Part shown: in pieces, positions 22,590-31,648 of the stretch
How the letters are laid out: each line of letters opens with the position of its first letter
Numbering within the stretch: position 1 is the stretch's first letter
Origin: Deltaproteobacteria bacterium UBA6601
Lineage (GTDB): Bacteria > Myxococcota_A > UBA796 > UBA9615
Reading direction: 5' to 3'
Assembly: GCA_002433485.1 (NCBI GenBank)
Contig: DJIF01000054.1
Coordinates: 1,158 to 65,157, forward strand
DNA length: 64,000 nt
Notes under the pieces: model-generated
What the model was told of the DNA's origin: nothing
Databases searched by the model: none
What the model saw: only the letters and a program-made list of their open reading frames with translations
Program-made: the position numbers and the translations under genes

Positions 22590-24124
22590 TGTCCAGCCGA
22601 GTCCCAGCCCGAGATCCGAGTTCTCGGGCTCCCCTCCAGTTCGAGCACACGAGCGCGAGCCGCAGGGCCCATAGGCTGCTTGGAGAGTCCCTTGGAAAAC
22701 GCCTTTCGAGCACTGCGGGCATCGCGCGGAACCGCGACCAATCGATCGCGAAGACCGAGATCAACAGAGGCCAGCGCGTGAAGCGGCAGAGCTCCGCCGC
22801 GAACCGCGCGCTCAAGACGTCCCAGCCGGACCGCGAAGTCCTCTCGGCCCAACCGCACCGGTAGACCCGTGCGAGACAGCACTACAAAGCCCGCCTCGCC
22901 CTCGAAGCGAATCTCCGAGACATCGACCTCACGCAGCGCGGTGCCGGAATCCAGTGCACGGAGGATCTGCACCGCTCCCTGGCCGATCTGACGGAGTTCG
23001 GCAGGTCGCTCTGCCAGGCCTCGGTCCTCAAGCGTCAGGAATGGAAGGTCAATGGGATCGCCGGGTTGGACTTGCTTGAAGACCTCACCGCTCTCGTTCA
23101 TCAGCATCAACGGCTCATCGCCCAGCACCATCACGGCCTCGTGCTCCACAACCGCCAACTCTAAACGCTGACCGCGGAGGTCCCGGCGCAGCGAGATCCC
23201 GGCCACCCAGGGCAACCCGGCAGCCCGAGCACTGAGAACCGCTGGCTCAAGTTCGAGCAGGTTATCCCCCTCGCCAACGACCAGCGCTTCGAGCAGCTGG
23301 CTTCGCTCCACCCGATCCAGTCCCTGCACCTGAATGTCTTGGATGGACAGCCGGTCGCTCTGCTTGAGGGACTCCAAGGCCTGATAGCCAGCGACGAAGA
23401 GCCCAACCACCACAACCCCTGCAACCAGTCCCAGCGCCGCCGAGTGCTGCAGGCGAGCGTAAACCTCTTCCCGCTGGGCACTGATTCGAGAGCTGATACG
23501 GCCGCTGACATGACGACCGCTACTGGATAGGGCCTCAACGCTGCTGCGAGCCACGGCGTCGAAGCTCGGAAAGCCATCCTGCATGTCAGCAAGTTCTTCC
23601 CGCACGAAGTGGGCCGACAGGCGCATGGTCTCCCACATCCGACCCGCCGCCGACTCCGGGTCCCGGGTCTGCAATCGGAGCCGTCGAGCTGTGGAGCGGA
23701 ACAGGGCCGGAGCCTCAAGGACCCGCCGAGCCAACTCGCGAGGGCGCAACAGCAGCAGCAGCAGCTGGGCCGGTAGCACCACCAGAACCAGAAGTTTGCG
23801 ACCCAGATCGAACAGGGCCTCACCAACAGCCTGGCCCATCTCGGTACGCATGGTCGGCAATCGTCCTCTGGAACTGGCCGACTGTGGGCTCGGATCCGGA
23901 TCGGCAAAGCCTCTACCTGGTCTGCGGCGATCTGAGAGGGTGATTTCCTGAGTAGCTGACGGTCGACTGGGCGGCCGGGCTACAGGGTAGGTTCCGCTGG
24001 CGTTCGCCACAAAGGGCTCACGGCCCTGAGAACTGCGTCGCCGTCGCCGTTCTTCCTGACGACGGGGGCTCAGCTTGCGGTTTCCTACTGCTCGTCTACC
24101 CGACTGCCGATCGAGAATGCTCAT
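22586..24124 (-). CDS. ftsQ: Cell division protein FtsQ/DivIB with long N-terminal extension
   Basis: Position directly before ftsA (4-bp overlap); TM followed by POTRA (IQVQGLDRV...NLL...LPWV...VVEH) and C-terminal VDLGLRDRLVAVP. Confidence 0.85.
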   Translation of the reverse strand: MSILDRQSGRRAVGNRKLSPRRQEERRRRRSSQGREPFVANASGTYPVARPPSRPSATQEITLSDRRRPGRGFADPDPSPQSASSRGRLPTMRTEMGQAVGEALFDLGRKLLVLVVLPAQLLLLLLRPRELARRVLEAPALFRSTARRLRLQTRDPESAAGRMWETMRLSAHFVREELADMQDGFPSFDAVARSSVEALSSSGRHVSGRISSRISAQREEVYARLQHSAALGLVAGVVVVGLFVAGYQALESLKQSDRLSIQDIQVQGLDRVERSQLLEALVVGEGDNLLELEPAVLSARAAGLPWVAGISLRRDLRGQRLELAVVEHEAVMVLGDEPLMLMNESGEVFKQVQPGDPIDLPFLTLEDRGLAERPAELRQIGQGAVQILRALDSGTALREVDVSEIRFEGEAGFVVLSRTGLPVRLGREDFAVRLGRLERAVRGGALPLHALASVDLGLRDRLVAVPRDARSARKAFSKGLSKQPMGPAARARVLELEGSPRTRISGWDSAGQ

Positions 24125-24179
24125 CTGCTACCTGCCCCGGGAGCCAGCTCAGCGGAATGGTTCACGCTCCCAATGACCC

Positions 24180-24208
24180 ATTGTGGGAAAACGCGCCAAC
24201 CCTGTCAA
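24180..24208 (-). promoter_or_regulatory. Sigma70-type internal promoter for ftsQAZ
   Basis: Minus strand TTGACA (24208-24203), exactly 17 nt, CACAAT (24185-24180), 55 nt upstream of the ftsQ ATG, in the largest gap of the dcw cluster. Confidence 0.6.
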
Positions 24209-24261
24209 TCTCGAGATTTCGATTTTGTTTCGAAGAGTTACATGTGATCTACATGCATCTT

Positions 24262-25323
24262 CTAGCCAGGTGGATCGGAGCCGACCACCCGCACCTCGGG
24301 GCGAAGATCAATTCCGTGGATCGACTGCACTCTATTCTTCACCTGATCCATCAGCTCAAGGACATCAGCAGCCTGAGCTTTACCATCGCTGACCACATAA
24401 TTGGCGTGAACCTCAGACACCCTGGCGCCACCGACCTGCAGCCCCTTTAGCCCTGCTTCATCAATAAGCTTACCGGCGGGCGGCCCTACATCAGGATTCT
24501 TGAACAGGCAGCCGGCACTGGGCAGACCGGTCGGCTGGGTATTCTTACGATAATGAACCAGTTCGCGAATCTCCTGCTGGACCTGTTCGCCGCTACGAGG
24601 GCGCAGCGCCAGCAAAGCACCGAGAATCAAGGCCCCCTCAGGCAGCACCAGCTTGCGGTAGCTGAAGCTGAACTCAGCGGGTTGAAGGACCCGGCGTTCC
24701 TGCCCATCCACCACGTAGAGTTCCTCGACCACATCACCGAGTTCTCCCTCGTGAGTTCCTGCATTCATCACCAGGGCCCCACCGATGGTTCCGGGTACAC
24801 CACCGAGGCCCTCAACGCCGCCCAGTCCGTGGCGCACACAGAAACGCAGCAGAGTTGGCACGACGACCCCGCTGCCGACATGCAGCCTCACCCTACCGTC
24901 TTCATCAACAGGAAGAGCCACGCCAGACTCCTTGTGCGGTTCAGCAACACCACCGACCGCCTCCACCGAGGCCGAAAAGCGACTGACAGCGTCAACCTCA
25001 GAACCCTCATCCTGCAACTCTGAGGCCGGGTCCCTGACAAAGGCCAGGCGGCGAAAGCCCTTCCCCAACCGCAGGGCAACCCCACGAATCCCACCGTCTC
25101 GAACCAACAGATTGCAGCCTCCACCTAAGGGAAACACCGGCAGCGCTTCACGCTTGCACCACTGCAGCAAGTTCATCAGCGCGACTTCATCGCGCACCTT
25201 GACCCACGCGTCCACCGGACCACCAATGCGAAACGACGTATGCCGGCTCATGGGTTCGTCAAACAGAACCCTGCCCAGCTGCAAAGCCAACAGGGAACTA
25301 CGCTGCCCCTCAGTAAGGCTCAC
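24262..25323 (-). CDS. murB: UDP-N-acetylenolpyruvoylglucosamine reductase
   Basis: HTSFRIGG, GGGCNLLVRDGG, PGTIGGALVMNAG, FSYR, QP...SAGCLFKNP, HANY. Confidence 0.95.
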   Translation of the reverse strand: MSLTEGQRSSLLALQLGRVLFDEPMSRHTSFRIGGPVDAWVKVRDEVALMNLLQWCKREALPVFPLGGGCNLLVRDGGIRGVALRLGKGFRRLAFVRDPASELQDEGSEVDAVSRFSASVEAVGGVAEPHKESGVALPVDEDGRVRLHVGSGVVVPTLLRFCVRHGLGGVEGLGGVPGTIGGALVMNAGTHEGELGDVVEELYVVDGQERRVLQPAEFSFSYRKLVLPEGALILGALLALRPRSGEQVQQEIRELVHYRKNTQPTGLPSAGCLFKNPDVGPPAGKLIDEAGLKGLQVGGARVSEVHANYVVSDGKAQAADVLELMDQVKNRVQSIHGIDLRPEVRVVGSDPPG

Positions 25324-26726
25324 AGCCCGTCGAGCTCCAGTGTTGGTGGGCCCTTGGCATCCAGTACGTCGACCAACTGGTGACTGATGTTGGTCACATC
25401 CCCGGCCCCCAGCGTCAGCACTACATCGCCCTTGCGTGCCCGCTTGCCCAAAGCATCCAATACCGCAGCTTCATCAGCACAGGGAAGCACCCCTTTATGG
25501 CCATGCTGGCTGAGATCTCGAGACAGGGTAGCAGCGTCGACACCCGGGACCGCCGCTTCGCCGGCAGCATAAACATCCATGACCAGCAGCAAAGAGCAGT
25601 CATTGAACGCGCTCATAAACTCCTCATGAAGCTCTACCGTGCGCGAGTAGCGATGCGGCTGCCAAACCGCGACGACTCGGCGGCCGTAGCTCTCCCGCGC
25701 CGCGGCCAAGGTGGCCCGAATCTCAGCTGGATGATGAGCATAGTCATCAATGACAGTCACTCCACCGGCCTCGCCACGCAAGGTAAAGCGGCGCTGTACC
25801 CCCTCGAAACGCTCAAGGGCCTGCTGGATCAGAGCAAAGGGAATGCCCGCCTCAAGAGCGACGGCGGTCGCGGCCAACGCATTAAGGATGTTGTGACGAC
25901 CCGGCATCCCGAGACGAATGGGCCCGAGGAACTCCTCACCACGAACCACTGAGAAACTCGAAGTGGTTCCTTCCACCCTTGGATCTACGGCCCGCAACTC
26001 AGCCTGACTGGTAAAGCCGTAGGTGAGGTATCGCTTGCACACTCGCGGCAGCAGGCCCTGAATCGTAGGGTGATCAAGGCAAAGCGCAGCAGCACCGTAA
26101 AAAGGCACCTTGTTAATGAACTCAAGGAAGGCCTCAACGAGAGCCGGTTCGCTGCCGTAATGATCGAGATGCTCAGGATCAATGTTGGTCACAATGGACA
26201 GGGTCGGCGACAGCTTGAGAAAAGAGCCGTCGCTCTCATCGGCCTCGGCAACCAGCCACTCCCCACGCCCCAACACCGCGTTACTGCCCACACTATTGAG
26301 CTTGCCGCCCACAACCACGGTGGGATCCAAGCCGCCAGCGGCAAAGATCGCCGCCAGAAGAGAGGTGGTGGTGGTCTTGCCGTGGGTCCCGGCAACGGCC
26401 ACCCCGTGCTTCATGCGCATCAATTCAGCCAGCATCTCCGCTCTCGGAATCACCGGAATCCCAGCACCGACCGCCGCGGCGACCTCGGAGTTCTCAAGGC
26501 CTACGGCAGAGGAGCGCACCACCACGTGTGCTCCCTCAATGTGGGCCGGGTCGTGACCCACATGAACCTTGATCCCAAGTTCCTCGAGGCGGCGAGTAGT
26601 CGACGAAGCGCGCAGATCAGAGCCGCTGACCCGATAGTCCAGGTTGCACAGCACCTCGGCAATCCCAGACATACCAATGCCACCGATGCCAACGAAGTGA
26701 ATGTGCCGGGTGCCAAGAAATCTCAT
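25320..26726 (-). CDS. murC: UDP-N-acetylmuramate--L-alanine ligase
   Basis: HFVGIGGIGMSGIA, AGTHGKTTTT, EADESDGSF, DDYAHHP, QPHRYSR. Confidence 0.97.
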   Translation of the reverse strand: MRFLGTRHIHFVGIGGIGMSGIAEVLCNLDYRVSGSDLRASSTTRRLEELGIKVHVGHDPAHIEGAHVVVRSSAVGLENSEVAAAVGAGIPVIPRAEMLAELMRMKHGVAVAGTHGKTTTTSLLAAIFAAGGLDPTVVVGGKLNSVGSNAVLGRGEWLVAEADESDGSFLKLSPTLSIVTNIDPEHLDHYGSEPALVEAFLEFINKVPFYGAAALCLDHPTIQGLLPRVCKRYLTYGFTSQAELRAVDPRVEGTTSSFSVVRGEEFLGPIRLGMPGRHNILNALAATAVALEAGIPFALIQQALERFEGVQRRFTLRGEAGGVTVIDDYAHHPAEIRATLAAARESYGRRVVAVWQPHRYSRTVELHEEFMSAFNDCSLLLVMDVYAAGEAAVPGVDAATLSRDLSQHGHKGVLPCADEAAVLDALGKRARKGDVVLTLGAGDVTNISHQLVDVLDAKGPPTLELDGL

Positions 26727-26819
26727 CGCGCGGTCTCTGCGGCAAAGACGCCGCTAAGCGCAGCAGAGTAGCAGCAACAGCGCAGGGAGCCAGCCCGAAG
26801 CAAGCGGAGGCAAGGAAAC

Positions 26820-27938
26820 TCAGGGTCTACCGATGGACCTATACATCTCGTCAACAACCTCGACTGCCGCCTGAGGGCGTGCCAGCGAGGCCGCCTTCCA
26901 AGCCATCTCTTGCAGCGCAGTCGGCTGTTGAACGAAACGTTGGATGGTCTCTACCAACAGCGAGCCGGTGAGCTGCTTCTGAAGAATCATCTCCCCGCCA
27001 CCAGCGGCAACCAGGACCTCAGCGTTCTTCTCCTGATGATTGTCGATGGCGTGGGGGTAAGGAACCAGCAGCGCGCCGCGTTGAGAGATGCTGAGTTCTG
27101 AGACGGTCAACGCTCCAGCGCGACAGAGCACCAGATCGGCAGCCCTGTAGGCCTCAGCCATGGCATTAATGAAGGGCGTAACCGTGGCATCGAGACCAGC
27201 CTCCTCATAAGCCGCGCGTACCCGATCACAGTCGGCCTCCCCGGTCTGGTGAGTGATGTACACACGATCATGGAGTTCGGCAGGGAGCTGGCTGGCGGCG
27301 TCCATCATCGCCTCATTAATAGGCCGCGCACCTTGAGAGCCTCCTACCACCAGCAGCTTGAGCCGCTGCCCAATGCCAACCGTACCGGTGGACTCCAGGG
27401 TCAAAAGCTCTACGACACCAGCGCGAATAGGGTTTCCAGTAACGTGGACCTTAGCTCTGGGGAAGGCCGCAGAGGCCGCCTCAAAAGCGACGAAGATGCG
27501 CCGCACAAAAGGCCCAAGAAAGCGGTTGGTGGTCCCCGCCACCGAGTTCTGCTCCACGATCCCCGTACAGCGACCGGTAAGCCAGGCGGCCAGGACCACC
27601 GGACCAGAGGCATAGCCACCAACACCCATAACGATGTCAGGATTCTCTTCACGCAATAAGGAGATGGACTGCAAGATCGCCTTTGGCACCTGAAGCAGGG
27701 CTCGCAACCGGTGAAGCAGGCCCCGTCCGCGAACCCCCGAGATGTCAATAAAGCGTACGTCAAGCCCCTCTTTGGGGCCGACCCGAGCCTCAATCCCCCG
27801 GCGCGTGCCCACATAGATGACCTTGGTCGACGAGCTCCGCGCATGGAAAGCTTCGCCCACCGCGACACCGGAGAAGAAGTGACCACCGGTACCACCACCG
27901 GCAATCATCACCTTTAGGGCAGCTTCAACCACCAGCAC
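26820..27938 (-). CDS. murG: Lipid II N-acetylglucosaminyltransferase MurG
   Basis: GGGTGGH, GGY, EQN, TGNPIR, GGSQGA, RAGA, HQEKNA. Confidence 0.96.
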   Translation of the reverse strand: MLVVEAALKVMIAGGGTGGHFFSGVAVGEAFHARSSSTKVIYVGTRRGIEARVGPKEGLDVRFIDISGVRGRGLLHRLRALLQVPKAILQSISLLREENPDIVMGVGGYASGPVVLAAWLTGRCTGIVEQNSVAGTTNRFLGPFVRRIFVAFEAASAAFPRAKVHVTGNPIRAGVVELLTLESTGTVGIGQRLKLLVVGGSQGARPINEAMMDAASQLPAELHDRVYITHQTGEADCDRVRAAYEEAGLDATVTPFINAMAEAYRAADLVLCRAGALTVSELSISQRGALLVPYPHAIDNHQEKNAEVLVAAGGGEMILQKQLTGSLLVETIQRFVQQPTALQEMAWKAASLARPQAAVEVVDEMYRSIGRP

Positions 27939-27949
27939 CCCTCCTCATC

Positions 27950-29134
27950 CTAACTGCCCTGCAGCGCTCCAGCCCGAACCCGTCTTCGCATCGAAGGGCC
28001 GCTGAACGGAGACTTCGGTACATCGCTCAGAACAGTACGCCTTCTGGCTTGTGCCGTCACGTTCAACAAGATGCCAAGCTGCCCCATAGTAAGAACCATC
28101 GAAGAGCCACCATAGGAAACCAGCGGCAGTGTCAGGCCCTTGGTCGGCAACAGGCCGGTGACCACCGCCATGTTGACCGCAGCCTGCAGACCGATCATAA
28201 GGGTCAAGCCGATGCCCAGCAGTCTGCCGAACAGGTCAGGGGCATCCTGACAGCAGCGGGCAGCGCGAAACACAAACAACCCAAACAGACCGATGATCAG
28301 AGCCGACCCAACAAGGCCGAACTCCTCACCGACTACCGAATAGATAAAGTCGGTGTGGGCAGCTGGCAGGAAGAACAGCTTCTGACTGCTCTCCCCCATC
28401 CCGGCACCAAGCACCCCACCGGCGCGAAAGGCCAGCCAGCTCTGAATCAACTGAAACCCACTGTCGGCCTTATGCGCCCAGGGGTCCATAAACGCGACCA
28501 GCCGTGCACGCCGGTACTCAGCCCCGGTCAGCACCAACCAGGCAACCGGTAGACCAACGGCGAGCAATCCGGCGAGATGATGAATCTTCACCCCTGCAAT
28601 GAACATCATCAGGAACAGGATGGCCGCCAGGGTCATGGTGGTGCCGAAGTCCGGCTCTAGGAGGATCAGACAAAGGACCAGACCTACGAAAAGGAGGTGC
28701 GGCAGGATCCCCACCGAGAAGGTACCGATGTGACTCTGCTTCTTCTCCAGGGAGTAAGCGAGGTAGAGGATCACGGCCAGCTTGGCGATCTCCGATGACT
28801 GCAGATAGATGGGCCCCAGCGGCAACCAGCGGGTTGCGCCGCCCATGGTCACCCCGATCCCGGGAATCAGAGTCAAAATGAGCAGCAGGGTCACCACTCC
28901 GAGCAACGGATAGGTCCAGGGCTTTAGCTTCTGATAGGGAATAGCCGCGGCAACCGTCAAGGTGATCAAGCCCAGGATCGCGAACACGCCGTGACGCTTG
29001 ATGTAGTGCATCTCGCTGCCATGAACATCCGCCGCGTAGATAGCACCAGCCGAATAGACCATGGCGACCCCAATGGTGAGCAGGGCCAGAATGCAGGATA
29101 GAACCAGCGGGTCGACGTCTCTCAGGGACCGCAT
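27950..29134 (-). CDS. ftsW: SEDS peptidoglycan polymerase FtsW
   Basis: GATRW, QSSEIAK, EPDFGT, LPAAHTDFI, LLPTKGLTLPLVSYGGSS. Confidence 0.96.
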   Translation of the reverse strand: MRSLRDVDPLVLSCILALLTIGVAMVYSAGAIYAADVHGSEMHYIKRHGVFAILGLITLTVAAAIPYQKLKPWTYPLLGVVTLLLILTLIPGIGVTMGGATRWLPLGPIYLQSSEIAKLAVILYLAYSLEKKQSHIGTFSVGILPHLLFVGLVLCLILLEPDFGTTMTLAAILFLMMFIAGVKIHHLAGLLAVGLPVAWLVLTGAEYRRARLVAFMDPWAHKADSGFQLIQSWLAFRAGGVLGAGMGESSQKLFFLPAAHTDFIYSVVGEEFGLVGSALIIGLFGLFVFRAARCCQDAPDLFGRLLGIGLTLMIGLQAAVNMAVVTGLLPTKGLTLPLVSYGGSSMVLTMGQLGILLNVTAQARRRTVLSDVPKSPFSGPSMRRRVRAGALQGS

Positions 29135-29143
29135 TGCAACTCC

Positions 29144-30217
29144 TCAGCGCAGCTTCAAGGTCATCAGCGCAAACAAGGCCAGCAGGATGGAGATGATCCA
29201 GAACCTGACGATGATCTTCGGTTCCTCCCAGCCCTTCTTCTCGAAGTGATGATGGATGGGAGCCATGGCAAAGACTCGCTTGCCAGTCGTCTTGAAGGAG
29301 GCGACCTGGATGATGACGCTGAGCGCCTCCATCAAGAAGACGCCACCGACAATGGCCAGCAACAGCTCGTTGTGTGTCAGGACCGCCAGTGCGCCAATGA
29401 CCCCACCCAGCGGCAGGGAACCGGTATCTCCCATAAAGATCGAAGCGGGGAAGGCGTTGTACCAGAGGAAGCCCATACCGGCCCCGGCCAGGGTTACGGT
29501 CAGCACGGTGAGTTCACCAGCACCCGGCACATAGGGAATTGCCAGGTAACCGGCAAAACGAGTGTTTCCTGCCAGATAAGCGAGCAGTCCGAAGGTCAGC
29601 GCGCTGGTCATCACCGGGCCGATGGCAAGACCATCAAGACCATCGGTAAGATTGACCGCATTTGCCGTGCCGACTATCAGGAAGGAGGCAAAGGCTACGT
29701 AAGCGAGCCCAAGGTCCACGGACACCGACTTCAAGAAGGGAACTGGAACAGTGGTGCTGATCCCCCACCACCGGACACCCACATAAAGAATCACTCCCGA
29801 TATCAGGAATTCCAGAGCCAACCGCAGCTTGCCGCTTAGACCAGCGCTGCTCTTTTGACTGATCTTGCTCCAATCATCGACGAAGCCGACCGCACAGAAG
29901 CCAACGGCGATTACCAACACAATCCAAACCCTCGGTTCGTCGAGGCGAGCCCACAGCAAGGTGGACGCGATCACGGCGAACATGATCAACAGCCCCCCCA
30001 TTGTCGGGGTTCCGGCCTTCTGCTGGTGGTCGGGGCCGACCTCGCGGATCTCCTGCCCATAGCGGCGGCGCTGCAGAAATCGAATGAAGGCCGGGTAGCA
30101 GAAAATGCAGATCAGCAGAGCAGTCATCAAGGCCGCTGCTGCCCGAAACGAGATGTAGCGAACCACGTTGAAGGCAAATTCTGATTCGGAGAGTGGATAG
30201 AGCAGGTGGTAGAGCAT
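29144..30217 (-). CDS. mraY: Phospho-N-acetylmuramoyl-pentapeptide transferase
   Basis: KAGTPTMGG, GFVDD, NAVNLTDGLDGL, FMGDTGS, MAPIHHHFE. Confidence 0.97.
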   Translation of the reverse strand: MLYHLLYPLSESEFAFNVVRYISFRAAAALMTALLICIFCYPAFIRFLQRRRYGQEIREVGPDHQQKAGTPTMGGLLIMFAVIASTLLWARLDEPRVWIVLVIAVGFCAVGFVDDWSKISQKSSAGLSGKLRLALEFLISGVILYVGVRWWGISTTVPVPFLKSVSVDLGLAYVAFASFLIVGTANAVNLTDGLDGLAIGPVMTSALTFGLLAYLAGNTRFAGYLAIPYVPGAGELTVLTVTLAGAGMGFLWYNAFPASIFMGDTGSLPLGGVIGALAVLTHNELLLAIVGGVFLMEALSVIIQVASFKTTGKRVFAMAPIHHHFEKKGWEEPKIIVRFWIISILLALFALMTLKLR

Positions 30218-30220
30218 CGG

Positions 30221-31648
30221 TCAGGTCCCTTCAGCAGCAGCAACAGCAGCTAGAGGCTCAAGGACAGCCTCCATCTTCATCCCACGCGAGCCCTTTATGA
30301 GGAGCACATCGCCAGGTCTCAGGTAGCCAACCAGAAGCTCGCCAGCGGCCCGAGAATCGAGGGCAGCCTCAGCCGCAATGCCCGCGGCTCTGGCGGCTTG
30401 AACGGCCTGCTCCATGAGGGGGCCGGCACCGACCAGCAGGTCGAGGCCCAGAGTGGCCGCCTCGACGCCCGTTTCTGCATGCAGGCCAGCCGCTGTAGTG
30501 CCAAGCTCCAGCATGTCGCCAAGAGCAGCAATCCGGCGTCCTGAAGTGGGCAGAGATGCCAGCGTGTGCATCGCCGCAGAAACCGACGCAGGATTAGCGT
30601 TGTACGCATCATCCAACACGGTGATTCCAGCCAGCTTTTGAACCTTCATCCGACGCCCGGGGACCTGCACATCCTGAAGCCCAGCCGCAATGTCCTCGAG
30701 TGAAGCCCCCATAGCGTGACCGGCAGCAGCGGCAGCCAGGGCGTTGTGCACCTGATGTCTGCCAGCGAGAGGAAGCTTGAACTCAATAGAGCGGCCGTGG
30801 ACCAGAATCCGCGCGCGACTCCCAGCAAGGCCAAGCTCCTCCAGGTGCAGAAGTTTGACCTCAGCATCCGCATCGGGGCGCATGCTGAAACCTACTGAGC
30901 AACTGCCAGTCGGCCTGGGAAAGCGCGCGGAAAGTGGGTTGTCCGCCGGAATGACAAGCACATCGCCGGCAACCGCGCCCTCAAACAACTCCCCCTTGGC
31001 ATCGGCGATAGCAGCGACCGAGGGAAAGAACTCAAGGTGGGCGGCTGTTACCTCGGTGATCACCCGTACCTTCGGACGAGCGATTTCAGCGAGCAGGCGC
31101 AGTTCACCGGGCTCGGACATCCCCATTTCAAGGACTGCCCAGCCATCATCAGACTGCATGCCAAGGATCGTCAGAGGAACCCCAATTCGGTTATTAAAAT
31201 TGCCCTCCGTCTGCAACCCAGGACCACTACGGGCAAGGATGGAGGCCAACAACGCTCGGGTGGTGGTCTTGCCCACAGAGCCGGTGATCGCCGCTACCTT
31301 GGGACCAGAAGCAGCCAAAAAGGCGCCAGCAATCGCTCCGAAGGCGAGCAGCGTATCTTCAACTGCAATCACCGGACCGCTCAGAGCCTGGGGCAGCTCA
31401 AGGGAGGCCAACTCGCTGCGGGCCACCAGGGCACCGCAAGCATGGCCACCGAGGGCAGCAGGAACAAAGCGGTGACCGTCGTGATTTTCACCCACCAGGG
31501 CGACGAACAGAGCACCATCACCCAGCTCTCGAGTATCGGTGCACAACGACCAGCTGCCCGCAGCGGGACCTGCGATATGGTCACCAGCAGTGGCCCCCAG
31601 AATCTGCTCAACACTCAGTCTGCCTGCTGGTGAGTAGCGACCTGTCAT
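30221..31648 (-). CDS. murF: UDP-MurNAc-tripeptide--D-Ala-D-Ala ligase
   Basis: ITGSVGKTTT, NFNNRIGVP, EMGMS, DDAYNANP, LGDMLELG, KGSRG. Confidence 0.96.
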   Translation of the reverse strand: MTGRYSPAGRLSVEQILGATAGDHIAGPAAGSWSLCTDTRELGDGALFVALVGENHDGHRFVPAALGGHACGALVARSELASLELPQALSGPVIAVEDTLLAFGAIAGAFLAASGPKVAAITGSVGKTTTRALLASILARSGPGLQTEGNFNNRIGVPLTILGMQSDDGWAVLEMGMSEPGELRLLAEIARPKVRVITEVTAAHLEFFPSVAAIADAKGELFEGAVAGDVLVIPADNPLSARFPRPTGSCSVGFSMRPDADAEVKLLHLEELGLAGSRARILVHGRSIEFKLPLAGRHQVHNALAAAAAGHAMGASLEDIAAGLQDVQVPGRRMKVQKLAGITVLDDAYNANPASVSAAMHTLASLPTSGRRIAALGDMLELGTTAAGLHAETGVEAATLGLDLLVGAGPLMEQAVQAARAAGIAAEAALDSRAAGELLVGYLRPGDVLLIKGSRGMKMEAVLEPLAAVAAAEGT

